A stretch of 42,621 nucleotides of DNA from Alphaproteobacteria bacterium (GTDB lineage: Bacteria > Pseudomonadota > Alphaproteobacteria > Rs-D84): positions 1 through 42,621 of the forward strand of contig JAKSTB010000003.1 in the NCBI GenBank assembly GCA_024402815.1. Reading direction: 5' to 3'. The notes under the pieces were generated by a model. That model ran no database searches and was not told where the DNA came from. It saw nothing but the letters and a program-made list of their open reading frames with translations. Shown here piece after piece: positions 19,496-29,148 of the stretch (position 1 is its first letter; each line of letters starts with the position of its first letter). A program made the translations under genes and the position numbers.

Positions 19496-20589
19496 AAAAA
19501 ACAATACTTTTTAATTTAACAAAAAATGAACTGATTGAATTTGTAACCCAAATGGGATTACCACGTTTTCGTGCGTCCCAAATTCAAGATTGGATAAATC
19601 GTGGCGCGCCTGATTTTTCTGTGATGAAAAATCTGCCAAATGATTTACGTCAAAAATTAAGTGAAGTTGCACAAACTCTGCCTGTAACAATCGTAAAAAG
19701 ATTGGACAGCAATGACAATCAAACAACTAAATTTTTATTAGAATTGGACGACGGCGAACAAATAGAATGTGTTTTAATGCGAACAACATATGGCAACAGC
19801 GTTTGCGTTTCATCCCAGGCTGGTTGTGCAATGGGATGCAAATTCTGTGCCAGCACTTTATTGGGATTAAAACGCAATTTAACTGTTAATGAAATGTATG
19901 CCCAAATTTTAACCGCCCAATGGGAATTGCGTGGAGATAAATTCAAGGACATACATCCAAACGGCGATCCAAACAATAATGATGTTTCACATATTGTTGT
20001 TATGGGAACTGGGGAACCTCTGCAAAACACTCAAAATGTAATTGGTTTCTTGGAACGCGCAAACAGCGAATTAAACATATCTTGGCGTCGTATAACCGTA
20101 TCCACATGTGGCATAGTGCCTGGAATATATGAATTAAAGGCATGGGGACGTCCAATCAATTTGGCGATATCTTTACACGCACCTGTTGATGAATTACGTT
20201 CACAAATTATGCCTATAAATAACAAATATAAATTGAACGAAGTTTTGGATGCAGCATTTGATTGTTCAGATTCTTGTAATCGACAACTGATGATTGAATA
20301 TATATTGCTGGGCAAGAAAGATTCAAATGGGGAAACCGTGTTATACAATGCAACACCTGAATATGCTGATAAATTATCAGAATTATTGCGTGGTCACAAT
20401 GTAATGGTGAATTTGATTCCGTGGAATACAGTTGATGAACGTGATTTTGCATCTATTTCTGGTAATGCGGTTCACAGATTCCAAGATATATTGATTAAAA
20501 ATGGTGTACACACACGTATCAGACGTGAACGTGGCGCAGATATTGGTTCCGCCTGTGGTCAATTAAGATTGAAAAATAATAAAAAATAG
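19492..20589 (+). CDS. rlmN: 23S rRNA/tRNA adenine-C2 methyltransferase RlmN
   Basis: SSQAGCAMGCKFC, MGTGEP, ISLHAP, VNLIPWN, ACGQL. Confidence 0.93.
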   Translation: MKKTILFNLTKNELIEFVTQMGLPRFRASQIQDWINRGAPDFSVMKNLPNDLRQKLSEVAQTLPVTIVKRLDSNDNQTTKFLLELDDGEQIECVLMRTTYGNSVCVSSQAGCAMGCKFCASTLLGLKRNLTVNEMYAQILTAQWELRGDKFKDIHPNGDPNNNDVSHIVVMGTGEPLQNTQNVIGFLERANSELNISWRRITVSTCGIVPGIYELKAWGRPINLAISLHAPVDELRSQIMPINNKYKLNEVLDAAFDCSDSCNRQLMIEYILLGKKDSNGETVLYNATPEYADKLSELLRGHNVMVNLIPWNTVDERDFASISGNAVHRFQDILIKNGVHTRIRRERGADIGSACGQLRLKNNKK

Positions 20590-20593
20590 ATAT

Positions 20594-20625
20594 AAAAAAC
20601 CACCAGATCGGTGGTTTAATTTTTT
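20594..20625. terminator. Intrinsic terminator between rlmN and convergent orphan gene
   Basis: AAACCACC-AGATC-GGTGGTTT hairpin with A/T tracts. Confidence 0.7.
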
Positions 20626-20869
20626 ATCTTTGTCCCCTGCTTTTGTGATGATTCTGTTTGATTGAATCCACAGCGCCCTGATAATCAGTTATCGATTTAA
20701 TTGTATCATTTCCACCTGCCTTGATTTCAGTATTTGTTTTTTTAGGTATTGTGAAATTGTGTATCATATTAATCATTCCACCAAATGCCACCAGATATAA
20801 CCCACCAATTACAACCCAACATATTGTGGTATTTCTTTTTTCATTATATTCTTTGTTATCTTTCTTCAT
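20624..20869 (-). CDS. Small single-TM hypothetical protein
   Basis: 81 aa, one hydrophobic segment, AAGG upstream, basic C-terminus ...KSRGQR. Confidence 0.6.
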   Translation of the reverse strand: MKKDNKEYNEKRNTTICWVVIGGLYLVAFGGMINMIHNFTIPKKTNTEIKAGGNDTIKSITDYQGAVDSIKQNHHKSRGQR

Positions 20870-20891
20870 ATCTTTTTAACCTTGTATTTTA

Positions 20892-22133
20892 TTAACGACC
20901 TGGATTACCAAATCTTTGTTGTGTGATGACATTAGCAATCGAATCCGCTTCACGTTGTTTTTCTATCATCGTTTGTTTTATGTTTTCCTTCTTTCTAACT
21001 TCTTGGTTTAAAGAATCTATTATTCTTTTGTCTTTGTCACTGATTACACCTTCCCAATCTTTTGTGCGTTGTTGAACCCCAACAACCCAATCAAAATGAA
21101 CATAGGCCGTACCATTATCATAATCATAATCGACATATGAATTCATATTGCCCAATCTTTCTTCTTTCTCTGAAGAATAATCTTCCGTATAAAAATCACC
21201 ATCATACGTGAATTCCATACTTTCTGTCATAATTCCGTTCGACCCAAATTTTCCAATTTTCCATCTGTTCGCCCCCGATGACACAGGTTCATATTTTGCA
21301 CCCGCATCAGCGAAAAATTCAGGTGACATTCCGGGAATAACAAAATCTATACCTCGACTGGTGATAATATATTTATGATTTAATTGTTCCAGCATTCTGT
21401 AACTGCCCACAGATTCGCCTTCCATTGGATTTTTTGTGGCACCCATATATTTGATGTCGCGTTTATCCAGCAAATAATAATCGGCATATTTTTGTTCGAT
21501 ATCGATTCTGTTTGATATCAAATCGTTACGCATATTATTCAAATTGGTATTAACATTTCTCAGCGCTAATTGTTTTTGATTTATTGCAGATGTATTTATT
21601 TTGTTTTCCAGATGAGATTTTAATTCATTGTACGAAAAAATACCGATATTACCATATCCTGATTCATTTGCACCCTCACCTGCACCTATGAATGCCAAAT
21701 CTTCAAAAGACACATGTACGTTTTTATACCAATCGTCAGCTAAATTTATATTATATGCCGTTAAATCGTTTTTAATTTTGCTGAAATAATTCAATATAAT
21801 CTGTTTTCCAGATGTGTTAACTTCTTTATCCATAACATCAGACAAAGATGTTTTAAATTGCAATCTGGATATGTCATTTAAATCGGAAAAAACATCCCTG
21901 GTGCTGATTAAATCTTGTTCCAGTTTTTTATACCCATTTGCATTCAATACAGAATCGCGAGTATTATCGAAAAAGGTATTTTGTTTACCCTGGCTGCGTC
22001 TGGCAATTCTTCTTTCTATTTTATATTGTTTGTTTGGGTTTGTATCTTCGTCTTTCGAACAAGAATATACCACAGTTGCACCCAAAATTGCCACAGCAGA
22101 TGTTAAAAAAAACTTTTTCCATTTTTTATTCAT
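20892..22133 (-). CDS. Hypothetical lipoprotein
   Basis: Likely start ATG 22133 after AAGGA; MNKKWKKFFLTSAVAILGATVVYSC lipoprotein-like signal. Confidence 0.7.
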   Translation of the reverse strand: MNKKWKKFFLTSAVAILGATVVYSCSKDEDTNPNKQYKIERRIARRSQGKQNTFFDNTRDSVLNANGYKKLEQDLISTRDVFSDLNDISRLQFKTSLSDVMDKEVNTSGKQIILNYFSKIKNDLTAYNINLADDWYKNVHVSFEDLAFIGAGEGANESGYGNIGIFSYNELKSHLENKINTSAINQKQLALRNVNTNLNNMRNDLISNRIDIEQKYADYYLLDKRDIKYMGATKNPMEGESVGSYRMLEQLNHKYIITSRGIDFVIPGMSPEFFADAGAKYEPVSSGANRWKIGKFGSNGIMTESMEFTYDGDFYTEDYSSEKEERLGNMNSYVDYDYDNGTAYVHFDWVVGVQQRTKDWEGVISDKDKRIIDSLNQEVRKKENIKQTMIEKQREADSIANVITQQRFGNPGR

Positions 22134-22215
22134 TATTTTTTCCTTTGGACAACCAGTCCTCTGCAGAAATATAGTACAAAAAAATATAAAAATGTCAAAT
22201 ATTTGTATAAAAACA

Positions 22216-22238
22216 AAAACCGCCAATTTGGCGGTTTT
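22216..22238 (-). terminator. Terminator downstream of tRNA-Val
   Basis: AAAACCGCCA-ATT-TGGCGGTTTT. Confidence 0.8.
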
Positions 22239-22244
22239 AATCTC

Positions 22245-22321
22245 TGGTGGATGTTAAGAGACTCGAACTCCTGACCCTCTGCGTGTAAAGCAGATGCTCT
22301 AACCAACTGAGCTAAACATCC
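22245..22321 (-). tRNA. tRNA-Val (anticodon TAC)
   Basis: GGATGTT/AACATCC acceptor stem, TAGCTCAGTTGG D arm, CTGC-TTTACAC-GCAG anticodon arm, GTTCGA, encoded CCA. Confidence 0.97.
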
Positions 22322-22371
22322 AGAAAAGCAGGCCTATAATAACCCGTTTTTTTCTAAAAGTCCAGCATTTT

Positions 22372-22668
22372 TTAATCTAATGGCAGGCCACCTGTTATTT
22401 GCCCCATCATATTATCGATTAAAGTATCGGCTTTCTTTTTTGCATCTTTGTATGCATCTGCCACCAATTTTGATAAAACATCTGCACCCAATTTCAAAGA
22501 TTCAGGTTTAATAACCACAGATACCAAATCGTATTTGCCGGTCATATCTACAACCACATCACCATTTCCCGCAATACCTTTGACATGCATATCTGCCAAA
22601 GAATCTTGGGCAGCAGATATTTTTGATTGTAAATTTTTGGCATTTGCCATTAAAGATTCCATATCCAT
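22372..22668 (-). CDS. ybaB: YbaB/EbfC family nucleoid-associated protein
   Basis: AKNLQSKI...VKGIAGNGDVVVDMTG...LVADAYKDA. Confidence 0.85.
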   Translation of the reverse strand: MDMESLMANAKNLQSKISAAQDSLADMHVKGIAGNGDVVVDMTGKYDLVSVVIKPESLKLGADVLSKLVADAYKDAKKKADTLIDNMMGQITGGLPLD

Positions 22669-22693
22669 TTTTATTCTCGTCTTTTTTTAAATA

Positions 22694-22717
22694 TTGGGCG
22701 ATTAAGAAATCGCCCAA
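22694..22717 (-). terminator. Hairpin after pnp (terminator or 3' stabiliser)
   Basis: TTGGGCGATT...AATCGCCCAA stem, weak U-tract. Confidence 0.55.
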
Positions 22718-22724
22718 CATATTT

Positions 22725-24887
22725 TTATTTTACTTCTTTACCTGTTTTTTGGTCGATACCAACCATGCTCATACGTGTTTTACCACGTTTATCAGCACCC
22801 ATATATCTGACATAAACAGTATCACCAACATTGTATTTTGCGTCTTCAATTTTTGCGATACGTTCGCCTGTGATTTCAGATATATGAACCAAAGCTTCAA
22901 AGCCCTTTAAGATTTTAACAAACAAACCGAAATCTTTGATTCCAGATACTGTACCTTGATAGATTTGACCAACCTCTGGTTCCGCAACAATATCTTTGAT
23001 TCGATTCATCGCATCTTGGGCTTCTTCTTTTGTGGATGCCAAGATTTTCACAGAACCATCATCTTCTAATTCGATTTGAGTATTTGTTTCACGTGTCAAT
23101 GCTTGAATCACTGAACCGCCCTTACCGATAACTTCGCGAACTTTGTCAGGATTGATTTTCATTGTATAAATTTGTGGTGCAAATTCAGACAATTTTGCAC
23201 GTGGTGCCTTGATTGCTTTTTCAATCTTGCCCAAAATGTGCATACGACCATCTTTCGCTTGCGCCAAAGCCCGTTCCATAATTTCAAATGTAATAGATGT
23301 GATTTTGATATCCATTTGCAAAGCTGTGATACCACGATCTGTACCTGTTACTTTGAAATCCATATCTCCCAAATGGTCTTCATCACCCAAAATATCGGTC
23401 AAAATAGCGTAATCATCGCCTTCTTTAATCAATCCCATTGCAATACCAGCCACAGGACGTTTCATTGGAACACCACCATCCATCATAGCCAATGTAGCAC
23501 CGCATGTTGTTGCCATAGAAGAAGAACCGTTTGATTCCAAAATATCTGAACAAATACGAATAACATAATCAAATTCAGAACGAGATGGAACCATTGGATG
23601 AACTGCACGCCATGCCAAATTACCATGTCCTAATTCACGACGACCTGGGGATTTCAAACCTTTGGCTTCGCCAACTGAATAACCTGGGAAATTATAGTTC
23701 AAGATGAAATCGCGTTCATCATCACCATCCAAAGATTCAACCGGCAATGCATCATTTCCACCACCCAAAGTCAAAGAAACTAATGCTTGGGTTTCACCGC
23801 GTGTGAACAAAGCAGAACCGTGTGCACGTGGCAATACGCCCAATTCAATTTCAATTGGACGAACTGTCTTTGTATCACGTCCATCAATACGTGGTTTACC
23901 GGCCAAAATATTACCCCGCATAATACGAGCTGTAATATTTTCAATGATTTCATCTGCCCATGATTCCAGTGTAGATGTAGCTGTTGTTGTATCTGGGAAT
24001 AATTCTGGGATACGTGTTTTTGCAGTTGCATGAATTTGTGCCAATGTATCAAGGCGAACCAATTTTTCTTTGATTAACAAAGCCTTTTCGATTTCGTCTG
24101 AATATTGTTCAAAATCTTGTTTCATTGTAACATATTCAGATGATACAGCAGGTATTTCCCAACGTTCTTTACCGGCTTTTTCAACAAATTCGTTAATTGC
24201 ATTAATAACAACCTGTTGTGCATCAAAACCGAATTTCACAGCGCCCAAAGTTGTTTTTTCATCCAATTCACCAATTTCAGATTCAACCATTAACACACCG
24301 TCTTTTGTAGCAGCAACAACCAAATCCATTTCTGAATCTTCTGTTTCTTTTTTTGATGGGTTTAATAAATATTCGCCATCTTTGTATCCAACACGTGCAG
24401 CACCAATTGGTCCAGCAAATGGAACACCAGACAAAGCCAACGCAGCAGATGATGCAATCATAGCCAAAATATCAGGTTGATTTTTCTTGTCATAAGAAAA
24501 CACCTGGGCAATGATTTGAACTTTGTTTTTAAATGTTTCTGGGAACAAAGGACGAATAGGTCTGTCGATTAAACGTGCAATCAAAGTTTCAGAAACACTT
24601 GCTTTGCCTTCACGTCTGTCGCGTGAACCTGGGATACGACCGGATGATGCGTATTTTTCCTGGTAATCAACGGTTAAAGGAAAGAAATCTTGTCCTTCGA
24701 CTGCGGTCTTTTCAGCACACACAGTTGCCAAAACCATTGTTTCACCCATAGTAGCCATCACAGCGCCAGTTGCCTGTTTTGCATAACGGCCTGTTTCCAA
24801 CTTAACAGTTTCATTTCCGTATTTGAATTCAACACATACGGGATTATTTAATTCATGTTTTTCTGATTTACTAAAAAAACTAAACAT
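22725..24887 (-). CDS. pnp: Polyribonucleotide nucleotidyltransferase (PNPase)
   Basis: DFFPLTVDY, HGSALFTRGETQ, ESNGSSSMA, EDHLGDMDFKV, KH and S1 domains. Confidence 0.98.
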   Translation of the reverse strand: MFSFFSKSEKHELNNPVCVEFKYGNETVKLETGRYAKQATGAVMATMGETMVLATVCAEKTAVEGQDFFPLTVDYQEKYASSGRIPGSRDRREGKASVSETLIARLIDRPIRPLFPETFKNKVQIIAQVFSYDKKNQPDILAMIASSAALALSGVPFAGPIGAARVGYKDGEYLLNPSKKETEDSEMDLVVAATKDGVLMVESEIGELDEKTTLGAVKFGFDAQQVVINAINEFVEKAGKERWEIPAVSSEYVTMKQDFEQYSDEIEKALLIKEKLVRLDTLAQIHATAKTRIPELFPDTTTATSTLESWADEIIENITARIMRGNILAGKPRIDGRDTKTVRPIEIELGVLPRAHGSALFTRGETQALVSLTLGGGNDALPVESLDGDDERDFILNYNFPGYSVGEAKGLKSPGRRELGHGNLAWRAVHPMVPSRSEFDYVIRICSDILESNGSSSMATTCGATLAMMDGGVPMKRPVAGIAMGLIKEGDDYAILTDILGDEDHLGDMDFKVTGTDRGITALQMDIKITSITFEIMERALAQAKDGRMHILGKIEKAIKAPRAKLSEFAPQIYTMKINPDKVREVIGKGGSVIQALTRETNTQIELEDDGSVKILASTKEEAQDAMNRIKDIVAEPEVGQIYQGTVSGIKDFGLFVKILKGFEALVHISEITGERIAKIEDAKYNVGDTVYVRYMGADKRGKTRMSMVGIDQKTGKEVK

Positions 24888-24927
24888 ATTTGTTTCTCCA
24901 TTTTTTTTACTTGTTTACTATTTTAAA

Positions 24928-25002
24928 TGCAGAGACAAATCATTCGTTTTTGTATTCCCTTAAATTTAGCAAAATACAAGAAAGAATAATTCCATCCCTG
25001 CA
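24928..25002 (-). promoter_or_regulatory. Long imperfect hairpin in pnp 5' UTR
   Basis: TGCAGGGA/TCTCTGCA, AATTATTC/GAATGATT and TTGTATTT/GAATACAA paired segments on the minus strand. Confidence 0.65.
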
Positions 25003-25100
25003 ATTCCGTTCTTTGATTATAGTTTATATTTATTTGTTTGCAACAAAATTACCATAATCTTTTATTTGACAAACATTTGTTTGGTGTTAATATTTGCTTT

Positions 25101-26078
25101 ATGACTTTAATACAACAATATTTTCAATATCATTTTGCACCAACATACATTGTTGCACACGCACCGTACGTGATGGTATTTAAAACAACACATTATTGTT
25201 GGTATAAATGTCCACACTGTTGCGAAGATGCCGGCCCACATCAAGATAAAATATATATTCCGGAAAATATCATATATGATTATTTAGACCAGGCTTTGAA
25301 CGACAATCGTTTTAGTAATGACATTATTTTTACTGGTGGCGAACCCTTCTCTGCATACCGTTTTTATGACACAAAATATATTCCAAATATATTACGATAC
25401 TCATTAAATCACAACATAGGTACAGATATAAAAACAAACGCAGGATGGGCAAACACTTCGTTTGGCAAAAATATATTTCACGACTTGAAAAATACTATTA
25501 TTGATACACATGATAAAAAATCACAATTACCAAAACTTCAGATATCATTATCATTGGATAATTATCACACAAATTGTTTTGAAAACAATTTAAAAATCAT
25601 CAAAGAATTAGCTGGATTGCCTGTGATAATACATTTATCATCAATCCAAGGTCAAGAAGAATTTGTTAAACATTTTGAAACAGCATTAGCTAAACAATTA
25701 CACCCACAAAATGCATGCATAATGGATTCACACGGTAATATCAAAGAAAACATAAAACTCATAAAAGACCACACTATATATATTCAATCTTATGGGACTT
25801 TATTCAATGGCGGTCGCGCCGTAAAAATAAAAGAAGCAAAACAAACACCATTACCACAATTTTCTTTTATAACCCAAGAAGGTTTCTTATTAGTTGCTTT
25901 TGACACTTTTGGACGTGTCACACTTGGTGAAAACAGCGGCCACAAAATCGCAACTCCATGGATTGATACAAATATTCAACCTAAAAAACTAAAAACTATT
26001 TCAAAGGAATTAGTTATTGATGCATTAAAAGAAAACTTGTATTACAATTTCTACGAACATTTTTTTAACCATTTATAA
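25101..26078 (+). CDS. Radical SAM superfamily protein, function unknown
   Basis: CWYKCPHC (CxxxCxxC), FTGGEP, IKTNAGW, ISLSLDNYH; start placed at ATG 25101 downstream of TTGACA-16-TAATAT. Confidence 0.8.
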   Translation: MTLIQQYFQYHFAPTYIVAHAPYVMVFKTTHYCWYKCPHCCEDAGPHQDKIYIPENIIYDYLDQALNDNRFSNDIIFTGGEPFSAYRFYDTKYIPNILRYSLNHNIGTDIKTNAGWANTSFGKNIFHDLKNTIIDTHDKKSQLPKLQISLSLDNYHTNCFENNLKIIKELAGLPVIIHLSSIQGQEEFVKHFETALAKQLHPQNACIMDSHGNIKENIKLIKDHTIYIQSYGTLFNGGRAVKIKEAKQTPLPQFSFITQEGFLLVAFDTFGRVTLGENSGHKIATPWIDTNIQPKKLKTISKELVIDALKENLYYNFYEHFFNHL

Positions 26079-26085
26079 AAACGCC

Positions 26086-26949
26086 CTATATTCCCATTTT
26101 TTCTTTCATTTCGCACAATACTGGTGTTTTTACATTTAACAATTTTGCGCGTTCTATCAAGCCATTTAATGCAAAAATGCCTTCGACGGTACCCACAATT
26201 TGTTCACCACGCGCTATCGCCATACCGGCTGAAAAATTACGACTGGTTGGTGATGTGGCAGATAAAAACAAATCGCCAATTCCACACAATCCTAAAAATG
26301 TTTTAACATCTGCCCCCATTTCAACCGCCAGATACATTATTTCGTTCCATGCCCGTGCAAATACCAATGCGCGTTCGTTTTCCCCCCTGCCCTGAACTGT
26401 CATAAATCCAGATATCAATGCCACAGCATTTTTACCAACACCACACATTTGTGTACCCAAAATATCTGTTGTGTCTTGTAAATAAAATTCTGACAACGCG
26501 ATGTGTCCATATTGTCTTATGATGTCATCGCCCGCCAAAGTTGAACCCGTAGGAACACCCGCAGCAACTTCACGTGCAAATTGAGGGCCAGACAACACAC
26601 CAACATGATCACAACTGGGGATTTCTTCTGCTAAAATTTCAGACATAAATTGCCCAGTTTGTGCCTCCATCCCCTTGGTACAAATCAAAATTGGTTGTTC
26701 GTTGTAAACTTCACGCATTTTACGTGTAGTTTCTCTAAAAAATGCAGCAGGTGTTACAATCAGCCATAATTTACATGTCTTTAAATCAGCCATATTATCT
26801 GTTCTGGTTATATTTGCCGGCTTTTCAATATCTGGCAATCCATCAAATATACCCTGGTATCCCCAATGTATAACATCATTACCAGATTTTGCACACGCAC
26901 AGGCCAATGCAGTTCCCCACGCGCCTGCACTAAATACACCCACTTTCAT
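26086..26949 (-). CDS. gpsA: NAD(P)H-dependent glycerol-3-phosphate dehydrogenase
   Basis: AGAWGTALA, CTKG, LSGPQFAREV, KN, GIGDL..A.S..SRN. Confidence 0.92.
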   Translation of the reverse strand: MKVGVFSAGAWGTALACACAKSGNDVIHWGYQGIFDGLPDIEKPANITRTDNMADLKTCKLWLIVTPAAFFRETTRKMREVYNEQPILICTKGMEAQTGQFMSEILAEEIPSCDHVGVLSGPQFAREVAAGVPTGSTLAGDDIIRQYGHIALSEFYLQDTTDILGTQMCGVGKNAVALISGFMTVQGRGENERALVFARAWNEIMYLAVEMGADVKTFLGLCGIGDLFLSATSPTSRNFSAGMAIARGEQIVGTVEGIFALNGLIERAKLLNVKTPVLCEMKEKMGI

Positions 26950-28556
26950 TTTAATTTCCTTAATTTTTTCTCTATCACTGGAATAACAACCAACCCATCA
27001 TCAGATAAATCTAATGCGCGTAGATATGATTTTTTTGCGTTTCTGATATCGCCTTTCTTTACATACATATCGCCCAGATGTTCATACAAAGAAGATTCGC
27101 CTGTGGATATTTCACCAACACGTTCCAATACTTCTAATGCAGCATCAACACCTTCGCGTTTTTCAACGATACACCCCAAAACATCCCATGCGCTGATATC
27201 TGACGTATCGCGTTTTACCAAAGTCATTGCATAATTATATGCCCTGTCCAAAGATTTGTTTTGTTGTAACCATATACGCGCCTGTAATTTCAAGACATCT
27301 GACAATAATCTGTCATCTAAATCCATTATTCTATCCATATCTTTTTGCGCTTTATTTGGTCTGTTAAACAACAAATAAATATCGGCACGATTTTTCAAGA
27401 AATAAATCTTGCCCTCTTCACTTAAATTTTTCTGGCGCAAAGCCCTGTTGACATATCTCAAAGCCGCATACATATTTCCGTTTTTCACTTCGTTATTCAC
27501 AGCCAATTTAACAACAGGTATAAACAAAGGATTTTTCTTTGCTAATTTTTTAATTTCGTCGTAATTTTCCCTGTTTTCTGTGATTTTTAATTGACCATAT
27601 AAATACAAAGGATTCTTTTCGGATACCGCATTAAAGCTTTTTTCATAATCCCCAGAATTATAAAAATAATATTGACCCAGGTAATAATTTATCGCATCTT
27701 GATGCGCACCATCTGATATATTTTCAGCGAATTTTAACAACAACAAAGACACGTCTGTGAAAATCCATATTTTCGCATGTGATACATTTTGAATTATGCT
27801 GAAAACCAAATTATTTTTTATTCCTGAATAATTAGACCAATCTGGGATAACATCATCTTCAAACAAATATAAACTGCCAGGTTTAGACATAAAATCATAA
27901 CGCAAAATATCCATATCTTCTGTCATGTTATTTTCACGATAAAAAGACATTAAATACAAATAATCGTTTATGTTCATAAAATCAGGATGAACCTTGGCAA
28001 ATTCTTTGGCCGCAGTATCAACATCATTATTCAAAACAGCAATTTGCCCACGGATAAACGCCTTCCATGAAGTTGCGGTATTTGATTCATTTACATATTG
28101 AATCGCTTCTTTAGATTTACCCTGTTGAACAGATGAAAACACCCTTAAACCTGTTAAAAAGCTGGATGTGTTTTTGCTATATCTTTTATAAATTTCCGGC
28201 CATTTATCATTTTTTACCAAATATGCATCATACATCAACCGCGAAGCCATATCTTTGGTATCTTTCAATAAAGGCACGGTATCGACAATTTTACCGTCAA
28301 AAAAAGCGGTTAAATTTTTTACATAATTTACCTCTGGTGAATCTGATTTTACCTGCCCCGCCATCTTTGATGCGGTATTAAAATCATTGACATATAATGC
28401 GTGCTGTGACGCCAAAAACAGCCCATAATCACTATCAACTATATGATCCCGTTGATACACATCATAAGGTTTAATTGTTTGCCCTATGAAACAAGAACAA
28501 ACAACTATGGTTGCAACTAAAATTACACCCGTATAAAAACTTTTAATATCTTTCAT
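26946..28556 (-). CDS. Tetratricopeptide-repeat protein with N-terminal membrane anchor/signal
   Basis: YGLFLASQHA; C-terminal TPR YEHLGDMYVKKGDIRNAKKSYLRALDL. Confidence 0.75.
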   Translation of the reverse strand: MKDIKSFYTGVILVATIVVCSCFIGQTIKPYDVYQRDHIVDSDYGLFLASQHALYVNDFNTASKMAGQVKSDSPEVNYVKNLTAFFDGKIVDTVPLLKDTKDMASRLMYDAYLVKNDKWPEIYKRYSKNTSSFLTGLRVFSSVQQGKSKEAIQYVNESNTATSWKAFIRGQIAVLNNDVDTAAKEFAKVHPDFMNINDYLYLMSFYRENNMTEDMDILRYDFMSKPGSLYLFEDDVIPDWSNYSGIKNNLVFSIIQNVSHAKIWIFTDVSLLLLKFAENISDGAHQDAINYYLGQYYFYNSGDYEKSFNAVSEKNPLYLYGQLKITENRENYDEIKKLAKKNPLFIPVVKLAVNNEVKNGNMYAALRYVNRALRQKNLSEEGKIYFLKNRADIYLLFNRPNKAQKDMDRIMDLDDRLLSDVLKLQARIWLQQNKSLDRAYNYAMTLVKRDTSDISAWDVLGCIVEKREGVDAALEVLERVGEISTGESSLYEHLGDMYVKKGDIRNAKKSYLRALDLSDDGLVVIPVIEKKLRKLK

Positions 28557-28582
28557 AATGAAATCATGTTAGAATAAAAGTT

Positions 28583-29143
28583 ATGGATAATAAAGAAAAA
28601 TTTGAAAAATATGAAAATCTTTTGAAAGAATGGGCCCAAAAAATCAACCTTGTTGCGCCCAGTACTTTGTCAGATATTCAAAACAGACATATAAATGACA
28701 GTGCCCAATTGGCCACTTACATCCCAAAAAATGTAAATATTATTGATTTGGGCAGTGGCGCTGGATTTCCGGGCGTTGTTTTGGCTATATTGGGTTGGAA
28801 TGTGATTTGTTTGGAATCTATCACCAAAAAAACAAATTTTTTAAATATATTAAAACAAGAACTTGATTTGCCAAACCTGACCATTGTAAATGATCGAATT
28901 GAAAATTTTCTTTTGAAAACACCGGTAAATACCGGGAATTTTGTATTTACCGCACGTGCATTTGCGCCTTTGATTAAAATTTTAGATTATACACACAAAA
29001 AACATTGCCGGCTTTTTTTATTAAAAGGCCGGGAAATTGAAACCGAAATAAACGCTGCAAAAAACAAATATAAATTCGATTATGAACTGTATCCATCTAA
29101 AACAGGCGACGGTCATATTTTATATATTAAATCTGTAAAATAA
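28583..29143 (+). CDS. rsmG: 16S rRNA m7G527 methyltransferase RsmG (GidB)
   Basis: W...INLVA, RHINDSAQL, DLGSGAGFPG, TARAFAPL. Confidence 0.95.
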   Translation: MDNKEKFEKYENLLKEWAQKINLVAPSTLSDIQNRHINDSAQLATYIPKNVNIIDLGSGAGFPGVVLAILGWNVICLESITKKTNFLNILKQELDLPNLTIVNDRIENFLLKTPVNTGNFVFTARAFAPLIKILDYTHKKHCRLFLLKGREIETEINAAKNKYKFDYELYPSKTGDGHILYIKSVK

Positions 29144-29148
29144 CGAAT

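Noticed and set aside
20590-22321. Integrative element or prophage at tRNA-Val
   Set aside because: No integrase and no duplicated tRNA 3' end found
23085-23100. parS half-matches in pnp (also near 15140 in nusA)
   Set aside because: Only one arm matches, not palindromic, inside coding sequence
26910-26949. GpsA nucleotide-binding motif reads SAGAWG instead of GAGAWG, and the protein is short
   Set aside because: Other catalytic motifs are intact; treated as ordinary divergence rather than a pseudogene
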